From an uncultured Chloroflexia bacterium (GTDB lineage Bacteria; Chloroflexota; Limnocylindria; QHBO01): a stretch of DNA of 64,000 bases. Location of the stretch: positions 133,422 through 197,421 of the forward strand of contig CAWJIR010000012.1 in NCBI GenBank assembly GCA_963843015.1. The letters are read 5' to 3'. Within the stretch, counting starts at the first letter, position 1; each line of letters starts with the position of its first letter. The position numbers were made by a program, and so were the translations under genes. Under the pieces are notes generated by a model, which made no database searches, was not told where the DNA came from, and saw only the letters and a program-made list of their open reading frames with translations. Below, piece by piece: positions 38,352 through 50,139 of this stretch.

Positions 38352-39525
38352 ATGAGCCGGATCGGCCAGCTGGTCAGACCGATGACCGGGCGGTCGCCCG
38401 AGGAGGCGCATCGGGTCGCGACTCCGCTCGAGCTGTTCTTCGACCTCGTGTTCGTGGTGGCCGTGGCCCAGGTCAGCAGCGAGCTCCACCACGGGCTGTT
38501 CGTGGGCGACGTCGGCCAGACGGTCTTCCAGTACGTCTTCGTGTTCGGCGCGATCTGGTGGGCGTGGATCGGCTTCACCTGGTTCGCATCGGCGTACGAC
38601 ATCGATGACGTCGCGTATCGGCTCACGGTCTTCGTCCAGCTGGCCGGTGCCCTGGTCCTGGCCGCCGGGGTCCCGCGCGCCTTCGAACAGTCGGACTGGC
38701 GGATCGTCCTCGCCGGCTACGTGATCATGCGCATCGCCTCGGTGACCCAGTGGCTGCGCGTGGCCCGTGACGACCCGGCGGGACGGCCCACCGCGATGCG
38801 ATATGCCGTCGGCATTGCCGTGGTCCAGGTGGCCTGGGTCCTGTTCGTCCTGTCTGGCGCCCGAGCTGGTTCGTGCTCGGGTTCATGGGTCTGTTCGCGA
38901 TCGAGCTGGCGATCCCGATCTGGGCCGAGCGCGCCGGCCGGTCCCCGTGGCACCCCGAGCACATCACCGAGCGATACGGCCTGTTCACGATCATCGTCCT
39001 GGGCGAGTCCATCTTCTCCGCCTCGCTGGCGGTCACGTCGCTGACGGTGGCCGGCCTGACGATCGAGCTGCTGGGCATCCTGTTCGGCGGCCTGGTCATC
39101 GTGTTCGTGATGTGGTGGCTCTACTTCGAACGCCCCGTGCGGGAGCGAACGACGATGCGGGAGGGGTTCACCTGGGGCTACGGCCACCTGCCGATCTGGG
39201 CCGCCGCCGCCGCGGTGGGAGCCGGACTGGCGGTGGCGATCGAGCAGGCGACCGGGCAGGGCGCGCTCGACGCCGTCAGCGCGGGGTATGCGGTCACGAT
39301 CCCGGTGGCGATCTACCTGGCCGGGATTTGGTTCATCCACGAGCTCGCGCAGGTCGAGACCTGGCGCGACGCGGTCCCGGCACTGGTGACGATCGGGGCC
39401 CTGCTGGTCGTGCCGCTCACCGGGTGGGGCGTGCTCCTGGGCGGCGTCGTCGTCTCGGCACTGCTGGCCTACAAGCTGGTCACCGGCCGCATCCCGTCGG
39501 CCGCGTCGAGGAGCACCGGCCGCCT
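38352..39525 (+). CDS. ltrA: Low-temperature-requirement protein A (LtrA) family membrane protein (frameshift near 38860; 3' end uncertain)
   Basis: RVATPLELFFDLVFVVAVAQVS...WWAWIGFTWFASAYD (ORF 38352..) continues as HPEHITERYGLFTIIVLGESI... (ORF 38873..). That ORF then reads on antisense through the SIMPL gene, so the real stop (for example TGA at 39523 in another frame) is probably displaced by an indel. Confidence 0.75.
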
Positions 39526-39531
39526 GAGCGA

Positions 39532-40170
39532 CTACTCGATCGCGAACCAGGCGCGGACCCGTCGGGTCACGGTGAGGTCGCCGGTGGCGACCTCGGTGGG
39601 GGTTCCGACGCCCTCGGCCATGGCGGCCATCGCGCGCATCCTGGGAAGCGGGCCCACGCCCGCGCCCGCTTCTTCTTCGATGCGGGCCACGGCCCCCAAC
39701 GTGACGCCGGCCGCGGTGGCCAGCGCCTCGGCCTTGGCCCGCGCCGCCGTGAAGGCCGCCACCAGGGCCTGGTGCTCCGCGGCCGAGGGATCCGACGCGC
39801 TCATCTCCGCCCCGCGGACCTCGTTCGCGCCCGCTGCCACCACGCCGTCGAGCACCTCCCCCAGGCGGTTCAGGTCGCGCACCTTGACCGTCATCTGGCG
39901 CGTCACGCGGTAGCCGATCAGCTTCTGTCCCTTGCGGTAGTCGTACTCCGGGCTGATTGACACGTCCGGCGCGTGGAGGTCTGCCTCCGCGACGCCCAGC
40001 TCGCGCAACGTGGCCAGCACGACGGACGAGCGGACGGCCACGTCGTCACGGGTCGGACCCAGGTCCTTTCCCTGGCCGCTCACGGCAAAGACGACCAGCG
40101 CCAGGTCCGGGGCCACGGTCGCCTCGCCCTCCGCGGTCACCGAGATGGCCCGCCGCATCTGCTCCTTCAT
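39532..40170 (-). CDS. SIMPL/DUF541 domain protein
   Basis: ATG at 40170 follows AAGGAGG. AISVTAEGEATVAPDLALVVFAV...DVSISPEYDY...LIGYRVTRQMTVKVRDLNRLGEVLD...GANEV. Intact. Confidence 0.8.
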   Translation of the reverse strand: MKEQMRRAISVTAEGEATVAPDLALVVFAVSGQGKDLGPTRDDVAVRSSVVLATLRELGVAEADLHAPDVSISPEYDYRKGQKLIGYRVTRQMTVKVRDLNRLGEVLDGVVAAGANEVRGAEMSASDPSAAEHQALVAAFTAARAKAEALATAAGVTLGAVARIEEEAGAGVGPLPRMRAMAAMAEGVGTPTEVATGDLTVTRRVRAWFAIE

Positions 40171-40181
40171 CTCGCCCTCCT

Positions 40182-41416
<1,235 letters not shown>

Positions 41417-41494
41417 TCGAACAGTATGCCGCGCTCCATGCTCGGCGACCCGAACGGCGGGCTAGCATCGGGCCGTGAGCGAGATCCCGTGACG

Positions 41495-42958
41495 ATGGAC
41501 CGACCCTGGCCGCTGCCGCGGCCGGGGATCCGGCGCGCGTGGTGGCTGCGCGAGGCGCTGGCCACCGAGCAGGTGACGGGCGGGACGCTGCCCGCACCGC
41601 CGTTGCGTGGGCGCGAGATAGCGGACGTGGCGATCGTCGGTGGCGGGTACACCGGGATGTGGACCGCCTACTTCCTGACCGAGCGGGATCCGGGGATGCG
41701 GATCGTGATCCTGGAGCAGGACATCTGCGGCGGCGGCCCGTCGGGCCGGAATGGTGGCTTCGTCCACGGCTGGTGGGAGCAGCTCCCCTACCTCGCCAAG
41801 AAATACGGGCCGGCGGCCGCGCTCGAGATTGCGCGCGGCCGCGGACGAGGTGGTGGACGGGATCGGGGCGTGGTGCGACGAGCACGGGGTCGACGCGTGG
41901 TATCGGAAGGCGGGATACCTGGCGGCCCACGCCTTTCCCGGCGTGGAGAGCGGCTTCGAACGCTCCTCGCGCGGCCGTGGCGCAGCTCGGGGGTCACGGA
42001 CAGCTCGTCACCTGGGACCCGGCCCGCGTCCAGGCCGTGTGCGCGTCCCCGGCGTTCCGCGATGGCCACTGGATGCCGAGCGCGGCCTCGATCCAGCCGG
42101 CCCGCCTGGCGCGTGGCCTGCGCCGCGTCCTCCTCGAGCGGGGCGTGGTGATCCACGAGAACACCCACGTCCGCCGGCTGGATCCCGAGTCCGGCAGCGG
42201 TGGCCCGGGCCAGCCGAGCGTGGGCCTCATCACGGACCACGGATCGGTCCTCGCCCACGAAGCGGTCCTCGCCGTCAACGCCTGGGCCGCGGGCTGGCCG
42301 GGGCATCGGCTCCGCCTCCTCGGCGTGGGGCAGCTACATGGTCGTGACCGAGCCGATCCCGGATCGGCTGGCCGCCCTGGGCTGGACCGGTGGCGAGCTC
42401 CTCAGTGACACCCGCTTCACGATCAGCTACTTCCGGACGACCCGTGACGGCCGCATCGCGTTCGGAGCAGGGGTCGGCGCGGCGGGGTTCGACGGGCGCA
42501 TCGGCGCGACGTTCAGCGCGGATCGACGGGCCGTGGCGCGGGTGGTGGCCAACTTCGACCACCTCTTCCCGATGCTGCGGGACGTGCGGTTCGAGGATGC
42601 CTGGGGTGGACCGATCGACATCAGCGCCGACCGCTTCCCGGAGATCGGCTCGCGGCACCGCGGTCGCGTCCATTACGCCCACGGCTTCGCCGGCAACGGG
42701 GCGGGTCCGGCGCGGCTGGCGGGCCGCATCCTGGCCGCACTGGTCGACGATCCCAACGACCCGCTGGCGCGGCTCCCGCTCGTCGGCCGCCGGCAGCGGA
42801 TCCTCCCGCCCGAGCCGTTCCGCTTCATCGGGGCGCGGCTCATCCGCGAAGCGCTGATCCGCCGCGATGACGCCCTGGACGCCGGCCGCACCCCGGGCCT
42901 CGCGGTCCGCACCATGGCCCGCGTTCCGGGCCTCCTCGGATATCGGTTCGAGCACTAG
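41495..42958 (+). CDS. FAD-dependent oxidoreductase (DAO family, gamma-glutamylputrescine-oxidase-like; at least 3 frameshifts)
   Basis: DVAIVGGGYTGMWTAYFL (GxGxxG), GGGPSGRNGGF, ...SYMVVTEPIP...TRDGRIAFGAG...HYAHGFAGNGAGPARLAG. Pieces are in ORFs 40946.., 41751.., 41539.. and 42200..42958. Confidence 0.75.
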
Positions 42959-43022
42959 GCACCGGGTGTAGCATCGGCCGAACGACCGCGAGATCTCCTC
43001 GCCGGCCGGATGAGGAGGAGGT

Positions 43023-44110
43023 TTGGCCGTGCTCGCCCGCACCCATCGGTCCCGCGCCCGCTGCCGCTCGCCGTCGCATGGTCGTCGCCACGGTGGTCCT
43101 GCTGAGCGCGTGCAACATGCTCGGCGGGCGAGCCGCAGGAGCTGCTGGTCCTCGAGTGGTCCGGCTACGAGGCGCCTGACTTCTGGACCGACTTCGCGGA
43201 GGCCAACCCGGAGGCGTCCGTCGACTTCGAGTTCGGCGCGACCGACGCCGACATCCTGGGCCTGATGCAGGCCGGCAGCCAGGCCGACGTCTTCCACTTC
43301 TACACCGGCTGGCAGCAGTTCTACGTCGACGAGGGGCTGGTCCAGGAGATCGACACCAGCAAGCTCACGAACTGGGACGCGGTGCCCGACGACATGCAAG
43401 GCGCTCGGCCAGATCGACGGGAAGCAGTACTACATCCCGTGGGACTGGGGCTTCACCTCGATCCTGTACAACACCGAGCAGGTCCCCGAGGTGACGAGCT
43501 GGGACGTCCTGTTCAACGAGGACTACGCCGGGCACATCTCGATGTGGGATGACGGCCCGGGCGCGGTGACCGTGTCGTCCTACATCCACGGCTACGACGA
43601 GACGGCGATCACCGACGAGCAGCTGGCCGCACATCGAAGCGGAGTGGACCGCCCAGAAGCCGCTGAACCTGCACTACTGGGACTCGGAGTACGACAACCT
43701 GTGCCCCGAGGTCATCAGCGGCGAGATCTGGGTCGCCTACGCCTGGCAGGGCTGCTACTCGACCGCGCTCGGCGAGGGCGCCCCGGTGGCGTACGCCAAC
43801 CCGGACGGAAGGCCGGAACTCGTGGGTCGGGCTGTACGGCATCAGCGCCGAGACCGACAGCCCCGAGCTCGCGCTCGCAGTTCCTCGACCAGAAGCTCGC
43901 CGAGCTGACCTGCAGCAACGCGGTCACGCTCTTCTACTACGGCTGCGCGCAACGCCGACGTGATGGAGGGCATCGAGGACCCGTTCATCATCGAGGTCTT
44001 CGGCACTCGACGACCCGTCGATCCTGGAGAACACGAACTTCACGCCGCACGTCACCGCGGAGCAGCGCGACGCGTGGACCGCGATGTGGACGCGCGTCAA
44101 GGCCGAGTAG
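43023..44110 (+). CDS. Polyamine-type (PotD/PotF-like) ABC substrate-binding lipoprotein (at least 5 frameshifts)
   Basis: GGAGGAGG Shine-Dalgarno before TTG 43023/GTG 43029. Lipobox MVVATVVLLSAC. LLVLEWSGYEAPDFWTDFAEANPEASVDFEF...DADILGLMQAGSQADVFH, QIDGKQYYIPWDWGFTSILYN, GEIWVAYAWQG, ending ...EQRDAWTAMWTRVKAE*. Confidence 0.7.
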
Positions 44111-44150
44111 GCCAGCGCTGTCGAGATCGGCTAGCCCGCCCGCTAGACCG

Positions 44151-45022
44151 ATGCTGGGGCGGCGAGGGGCGCTTCGCTTCCTCGCCGTTCCTCCATACCT
44201 CTGGCTGGGGCTGTTCTTCGTCCTGCCCCTCGTCCTGATCATCGCCATCTCCTTCCGGCCCGAGTCCGGGCCGATCGATTTCGACGATCCGTGGAACCTG
44301 ACGACTGGTCCAGTACCAGCACGTCTTCGCGACGCCCGGCCTACCTGCGGCTGCTGGGCGTCTCGGTCCTCATGGCGCTCGGCGGTCGCCGGCGACCGCC
44401 ACGCGTGCTCGCCTACCCGATCGCCTACTTCCTGACCTTCCGCGCCCGCGCAGCGGGCGACCGTCTACCTCGTCCTGCTCCTCATCCCGTTCGCGACCAG
44501 CTACCTGCTGCGGGTCATGGCCTGGCGGCTGATGCTCGGCCAGGAGGGGGCGATCAACTCGTTCCTCGAGTCCACCGGCCTGATCGACGAGCCGCTCGAC
44601 CTGCTCCTGTACTCGCGGGCGGCGGTGATGATCACCCTGATCTACGTCTGGATCCCGTTCGCAGCGCTGCCGATCTATGCCGCCATGCAGCGGATCGACC
44701 GCGGCCACCTGGAGGCCGCTGCCGACCTGGGCGCCGGCCCGTGGAGCCGGTTCCGCCGGATCACGATTCCGCTCAGCCTGCCCGGGGCGCTGGCCGCGTT
44801 CTTCATGGTCTTCATCCCGACCGTGGGCGAGTACGTGACGCCCGTCCCTGGTCGGGGGGACCGAGGGGATCATGTACGGCAACCTCATCCAGGACTTCTT
44901 CACGCAGCGCCGGCGCAACTGGGCCATCGGCTCGGCCCTGTCGGTGATCATGCTGGTCGTCACCGTTGCTCCTGGTCGTCGTCGCGCTGCGGGTGGTTGA
45001 CCTGCGACGGGTGGCCGCGTGA
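44151..45022 (+). CDS. ABC transporter permease (PotB-like; at least 3 frameshifts)
   Basis: LAVPPYLWLGLFFVLPLVLIIAISF; EAA-loop region RIDRGHLEAAADLGAGPWSRFRRITIPLSLPG; the end LLLVVVALRVVDLRRVAA* overlaps the next start (GTGA). Confidence 0.75.
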
Positions 45023-45835
45023 CCGCGAGCGTCGCCGCGGAGCGGGTCGGGGTCGGTCGGACGCGGGTGCCGCTGCGGGCGACCTACTTCGTGATGCTGT
45101 TCCTCCTGTACCTGCCCATCGTTCTGCTGTTCATGTTCTCGTTCAGCGAGAACACCGTCCTGATCTTCCCGCTCAAGGGCTTCACCCTCGATTGGTACCG
45201 CGAGGCGTCTCGACCGACGGGTCGCTGCTCGAGTCGGCGCGGAACTCGCTGATCGTCGGGCGTCGCTGGCCGCGACCGTGGCCACCGCCCTCGGGTTCGC
45301 GGTCAGCGTGGCCGTCGTCCGGTTCCGGTTCCGCGGCCGGGTCGGCTTCGTCGGGCTTGCCGGGCTGCCGCTGATCGTGCCGTTCATCGTCCTGGGCGTG
45401 TCGCTCTTCCTGCTGTTCATCTTCGTCGACGTCCCGCGCTCGCTGCTCACGATCGCCATCGGCCACACCGTCGTGGCCGCTGCCGTTCGCCACTGCTCAT
45501 CCTGCTGGCCCGGATGGTCGGGCATGGACCCGAACCTCGAGGACGCGGCCATGGACCTCGGGGCGATCTACCGGACGACGCTGCGCCGGGTCGTCATCCC
45601 GCTCATGGGCCCGTCGCTCCTGTCGGCGTGGCTGACGTGCTTCATCGTCTCGTTCGACGAGGTGGCCATCGCCCTGTTCCTGGCCGGCGGCGATCCGACC
45701 TTCCCGATCTTCCTCTACGGCCAGCTCCGGTTCGCCCAGCGCCTGCCGGTGCTGATCGCGATGGCCGTCCTGCTCATGATCGGGACCGTCACCCTGACCC
45801 TGGTCGCGTTCCGCCTCGGCCGCCGCAACGCCTGA
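45019..45835 (+). CDS. ABC transporter permease (PotC-like; at least 2 frameshifts)
   Basis: YFVMLFLLYLPIVLLFMFSFSENTVLIFPLKGFTLDWY; DPNLEDAAMDLGAIYRTTLRRVVIPLMGPSLL; C-terminus ...TLTLVAFRLGRRNA*. Confidence 0.75.
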
Positions 45836-46066
45836 GCGGTCGTCGGAGTGGCGGTGGGCGGCGGGGTGGGTCGAGGCGACGTGGTCGAGGAGGTGACGTG
45901 AGGCGAGGGCGACTTCCAGCACCGCCTCGTTGAAGGCGGCCTCGTTCGCGGCGGACGGCTTGCGGTAGCCGCTCACCTTGCGGACGTACTGGAGTGCGGC
46001 GGCGGTGATGTCATCGTCGGGCGCGACCTCGGCGCCGTCGCGCAGGACATGGATGGATCGACACAT
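45786..46066 (-). CDS. DUF2277 domain protein (3' end uncertain)
   Basis: MCRSIHVLRDGAEVAPDDDITAAALQYVRKVSGYRKPSAANEAAFNEAVLEVALASRHLL matches the DUF2277 N-terminal signature. ORF 45497..46066 continues antisense over potC with no family resemblance, so a displaced stop is likely. Confidence 0.6.
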
Positions 46067-46105
46067 GGCCCAAGGGTAGCGCGCACGGCGGCGACGGTCC
46101 CGTGG

Positions 46106-46756
46106 TCAGAACTCGGGAGCAGCTCCTCGAGCGAATCAATGATCCGGTCGGCGGCGGCGACATCGGTCTCGGCGTACTGCGGGCACCGCGATGCAGGCCA
46201 GCCCCGCCGCCTTGGCGGAGGCCACCCCGGCCGACGAGTCCTCGAGGGCCAGGACGTGCTCCGGCGCCACGCCCAGGAGCTCGCAGACGCGGAGGTAGAT
46301 GTCCGGCGCCGGCTTCGAGCGGGCGACGTCGTCCGAGGTCACGATCGCGTCGAAGACATCGGTCAGGCGCGCCGTGCCCAGGGCGGCGTCCACCAGCCGC
46401 CGCGGCGAGTTGGAGGCGAGCCCCAGCGGAAGCCGGCCCCGGAGCCGGGCCACCAGCTCCAGGGCGCCCGGCCGTCCGGCCACGTCCTCCTGGAGCAGGC
46501 CGTACATCGACATCACCATCTCCTCGACGAGCGCCGGGCCCTCGTCCGGCGGCCGGCCCAACCGTTGGGCGAAGTAGCGCGCGGTCACGTCGAAGTCGGT
46601 GCCGATCACCGCCAGCTTGTCCTCGCGGGTGAACACCTCGCCGTGGGCGGCGAACAGCTGCTCCTCGGCCCCCTGCCAGACGACCTCGGTGTCGAGCAGC
46701 AGGCCGTCCATGTCGAAGACGACCGCCTGGTACCGATGCGGAGGCTGGGCGCTCAC
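46106..46756 (-). CDS. HAD-superfamily hydrolase (beta-phosphoglucomutase-like; 2 frameshifts near the 3' end)
   Basis: GTG at 46756. AVVFDMDGLLLDTE (DxDxT), LGLASNSPR, SKPAPDIYL, ALEDSSAGVASAKAAG. The likely end ...DRIIDSLEELLPEF* at 46106 requires one extra C in a C-run. Confidence 0.8.
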
Positions 46757-46769
46757 GGGCCTCCGGCCC

Positions 46770-47980
46770 TCAGACCGCGTCGCCGAAGAACGAGCCCGTG
46801 GCTCGACGCCAGGGCACGGAGGAGCGGCACCACCGCATACCGGGCGTCGGGAGCGGTTCCCGCCAGCTCGTCCAGGATGGCCACGGCGCGTTCGAGGCCT
46901 CGCTCCTCGCCCCAGGCCAGCGGACCCTTGGGCCAGTTGGTCCCGAGCCGCATGGCGGTGTCGATGGCCTCCGGCTGAGCGGTCCCATCCTCGACCGCGG
47001 ATGCCGCCTCGTTCACGATGGCGGCCAGCACCCGGTCCGTGATCCTCCGGCGCCGATGGCCTCGGTCGCGGTGGGGCCGGAGGCGGCAGCCAGGCCCGAC
47101 CACGGGGCGCCGCGCTCGCCATCGGCACCGTAGTCGTAGAAGCCCGCGTTCGTCTTCCGCCCCAGCCGCCCGGCCTGGACGAGCACCCGCTGCAGCGCAT
47201 GCGGCAGGTACCTCGGGGAGCGGCCGAACCCCTCCCACACCGTCTCGCTGACCGCGAGGTTGACGTCCAGCCCGATGGTGTCGATGAGCTCGAAGGGCCC
47301 CATCCGGAAGCCGGCCTCGCGGAGCGCGGCGTCGATGGCTGGGCGCGTCGGCCGCGCCCTCGCCCAGGATCCGGAGCGCCTCGAGGTAGAACGGCCGCGC
47401 CACCCGGTTCACGATGAACCCCGGCGTGTCGGCGGCCTCGACCGCGGTCTTGCCCAGCCGCTCGGCCAGGGCGGTCGTTGCCGCGACCACGGTCGGATCG
47501 GTCCGCGGCGTGGCGACGACCTCGACCAGGGCCATCAGCGGGACCGGGTTGAAGAAGTGCATGCCGACCACCCGCTCCGGGCCGAGACGCCGCGACGGCA
47601 ATGGCCGTCACCGAGAGGGACGACGTATTGGTGGCCAGGATCGTCCCCGCGTCCGCCGCCGCGTCCAGGCGCCGGAACGCGTCGCGCTTGAGGTCCAGGT
47701 CTTCCGGGATGGCCTCGATCACGAACCCGGTGGCCGCCAGGTCGGCCACCGATCCCGACTCGGTGATCCGGGCCAGCGCGGCATCGGCCAGCCCGGCGTG
47801 GAGCTGGCCCTTCGCCACCTTGCGCTCGAGAAAGCCACCGATCCGGTCCCGGGCCCGGTCGTACGCCCCGGAAACCGGATCGAGCAGCGCGACGTCCAGC
47901 CCGGCCTCGGCCGCGACCTGGGCAATCCCCGCTCCCATCGTCCCGGCGCCCAGGACGCCGATCCGCGTGATCTCGGTCAA
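46770..47980 (-). CDS. 3-hydroxyacyl-CoA dehydrogenase (at least 3 frameshifts)
   Basis: TTG at 47980 in a TTGA overlap. TEITRIGVLGAGTMGAGIAQVAA (Rossmann fold), TNTSSLSVT, ERVVGMHFFNPVPLMALVEVV, GFIVNRVARPFYLEALR, MGPFELIDTIGLDV. Confidence 0.8.
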
Positions 47981-48775
47981 CGGCTCGGCTGAACCGCGGA
48001 TCCCGCTTCTCGGCGAACGCGGCGAGGCCCTCGGCGTGGTCATCGGTCCGCCCGGCCGCGTCCTGGAGCGCGGCCTCGTACGCCATGCTGGCGGCCAGAT
48101 CGGCCTCCTCGGCCTGGTTGATGGATCGCTTGGCCAGGCCGATGGCCGCCGTTGGCGCCGCTGCGAGGCGACGGGCGACCTCCCGCACGCCGTCCGCAAA
48201 CTCGGTCGCGCCGAATACCCGGTTGACGAGCCCGCCGTTGCCGCCTCGGCGGCCGACATCGGTTCACCGAAGAACATCAGCTCTGCCGCGCGGTGCCGGC
48301 CGAGGGTCCGGACCAGGGTCCGCGTCGACCCCGAGTCCGGGACGAGGCCGATCTTCACGAACGCCAGGATGAAGCGGGCATCCTCGCTGGCGTAGACCAG
48401 GTCGCACGCGAGCGCGAGGCTCACCCCGGCTCCGGCGGCGACCCCGTTCACGGCCGCCACCACCGGCTTCGGCAGGTCGCGGAGTGCGGCCACGAGCGGG
48501 TTGTACTCATCGGTCAATACGCGGCGGAACTGGCGTTCCCCTTCGCCGCCACGGAGGTCCGCCCCGGAGCAGAAGCCACGGCCCTCGCCGGTCAGGACGA
48601 CGCAGCGGACGGCTCCATCGCGGCTCGCTGCCTTGATCGCGGCCAGCAGCTCGCGGCGCATGGTCCCGTTCAGGGCGTTCAGCGACTCGGGCCGGTTGAG
48701 GGTGATGGTGCCGACGCCATCGGCGACGGTCCAGCGAATCGTTTCGTAGGCGGGAGGAGCGGGAGCCTCGGGCAT
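47977..48775 (-). CDS. Enoyl-CoA hydratase/isomerase (at least 2 frameshifts)
   Basis: ITLNRPESLNALN, VVLTGEGRGFCSGADL, KPVVAAVNGVAAGAGVSLALACDL, ...HAEGLAAFAEKRDPRF. ORF 46136..48778 (880 aa) is a read-through chimera of this gene, the HADH gene and the HAD gene. Confidence 0.8.
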
Positions 48776-48803
48776 CACGCCCGATTCTAGTCAGCCCGGT
48801 CGG

Positions 48804-49425
48804 TCAGCCTTCGCCGAGCTGGGCACGCCGCGTCCGAAACGCGCGGCCCTTCATCCGGTTGCCGCAGACCGCCATCGTGCACCACGCCCCCGAGCGGTTG
48901 CGGGAGTGGTCGTAGTAGGCCCACTGGCATTCGTCGTTGCTGCAGATCTTCAGCCGCTCCCACGTCCCGACGGTCATGGCGTGGTAGATCGTCGCCGAGC
49001 AGGCCGAGCGATGGCCGGGGTCACGCCCCGTCCGCGACTCGGCTCGAGACGGACCTCCCCGTTGATCCGCATCCTGAGCGGGTAGTGGGACGCCAGATGG
49101 TCCAGGTTGCGACGCGCGGCCCGTTGATCACCATGGCCTGCGTTGGCCGCCAGCACGTCGCGCAGCGCGTCGCGGAAGGTCGAGCGCGGTCTGCAGGTCG
49201 CGATCGGTCAGCCGTCGATCGGCGGCGAGCAGTCCCCGCTCGCCGAGCCACGTCGCCAGCGCCGCGGGGCTCGTCAACTCGCTCCCAGCCGACTCGTACG
49301 TCGTAGGTGTTCACGAACTGCCGGATGAGCTCCAGCTCCTCGGGCGCGGGTTGCCGCCGGTACGCGTCCTCGGCCACGGGGACGGTCAGATGTGTCGCCA
49401 AGTTGCCTCTCCAGACGTCGCCCAA
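48804..49425 (-). CDS. CGNR zinc-finger (ABATE-domain) putative regulator (at least 3 frameshifts)
   Basis: The N-terminus has ELELIRQFVNTYDV. The C-terminus, read by hand, is ERLKICSNDECQWAYYDHSRNRSGAWCTMAVCGNRMKGRAFRTRRAQLGEG* (C..C..W.F.D.S....WC.M..CGNR). TTG start at 49425. Confidence 0.75.
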
Positions 49426-49441
49426 TCACCACCAATATCGA

Positions 49442-49490
49442 TTGACAGGTTAGTGCTAACTGTCATACACTATATGCAGGTTAGCACAAT
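49442..49490 (+). promoter_or_regulatory. AT-rich divergent promoter region with repeated CAGGTTAG motif
   Basis: TTGACAGGTTAGTGCTAACTGTCATACACTATATGCAGGTTAGCACAATC: -35 TTGACA (49442-49447), about 18 nt, then TACACT. CAGGTTAG occurs twice, and GTTAG-TG-CTAAC is a small palindrome. This is the only clearly AT-rich patch in the neighbourhood. Confidence 0.5.
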
Positions 49491-49518
49491 CGTCAACGCG
49501 ACAGCGAGGCACACGGCA

Positions 49519-49739
49519 ATGTTCCAGATCGAGCACCCCGACGACTACCTGAACCGGATCGATCACGAGCGGAGCCGCATCGAGCGGCGGAACCGGCTCC
49601 TCCGAGCCCTCCGCGGATCGGCTCCCCCGTTCGGTCGACGCAACCGAGGCCAGCTGCGCAGCGTCATGCGCGAGCAGCTCGAGAGCCCAGACCGAGCAGC
49701 GGCCGCTAGGCCGCGTGCGACGCAGGAGACGGACCGATG
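49519..49739 (+). CDS. Hypothetical small basic protein (boundaries unclear)
   Basis: MFQIEHPDDYLNRIDHERSRIERRNRLLRALRGS... lies downstream of the promoter above. There is no stop before the SnoaL gene in this frame, so it is either a real small ORF with a displaced stop or a leader. Confidence 0.25.
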
Positions 49740-50133
49740 GACCGAGCCGACGTCGAGCGATGGATCCAGGACTACCGCCAGGCGTGGACCACCGACGACC
49801 CTGACGCAGATCGCGGCGCTGTTCACCGAGGACGCGGTCTACTCACCGTATCCGTGGCCCCGGAACGAACGCTTCTGGCGCGGACGGGACACGATCGTCG
49901 AGAAGTGGATCGGGCACGGCGACTCCAAGATCGGGTGGCGGTTCGAGCACGAGATCCTCGCGGTCGACGGCGACACGGCGGTGATCGAGGGCTGGACCGA
50001 TTACGACCGCGGCGAGGGTGAGCCATGGGGCGAGCAGTTCGCCAACATCTGCGTCGTCAACTTCGCCGACGACGGACGCGCCCGCTCGTTCCGCGAATGG
50101 TGGGTCCAGCGCCCGCCGGCGGAGGACGAGTAG
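49737..50133 (+). CDS. SnoaL/NTF2-like protein (frameshift near 49800)
   Basis: MDRADVERWIQDYRQAWTTDDP (ORF 49737..) continues as IAALFTEDAVYSPYPW...GDTAVIEGWTDY...FANICVVNFADDGRARSFREWW (ORF 49351..50133). Confidence 0.7.
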
Positions 50134-50139
50134 CGGCGG

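Noticed and set aside
46136-48778. The 880-aa ORF (and the 893-aa ORF 8612..11293) as giant multidomain fusion proteins.
   Set aside because: They are read-through chimeras. Conserved segments of three separate genes (ECH, HADH, HAD; or the ATPase then off-frame over a permease) are joined by nonsense stretches. Proper stops, TTGA/ATGA overlaps and start codons appear in adjacent frames.
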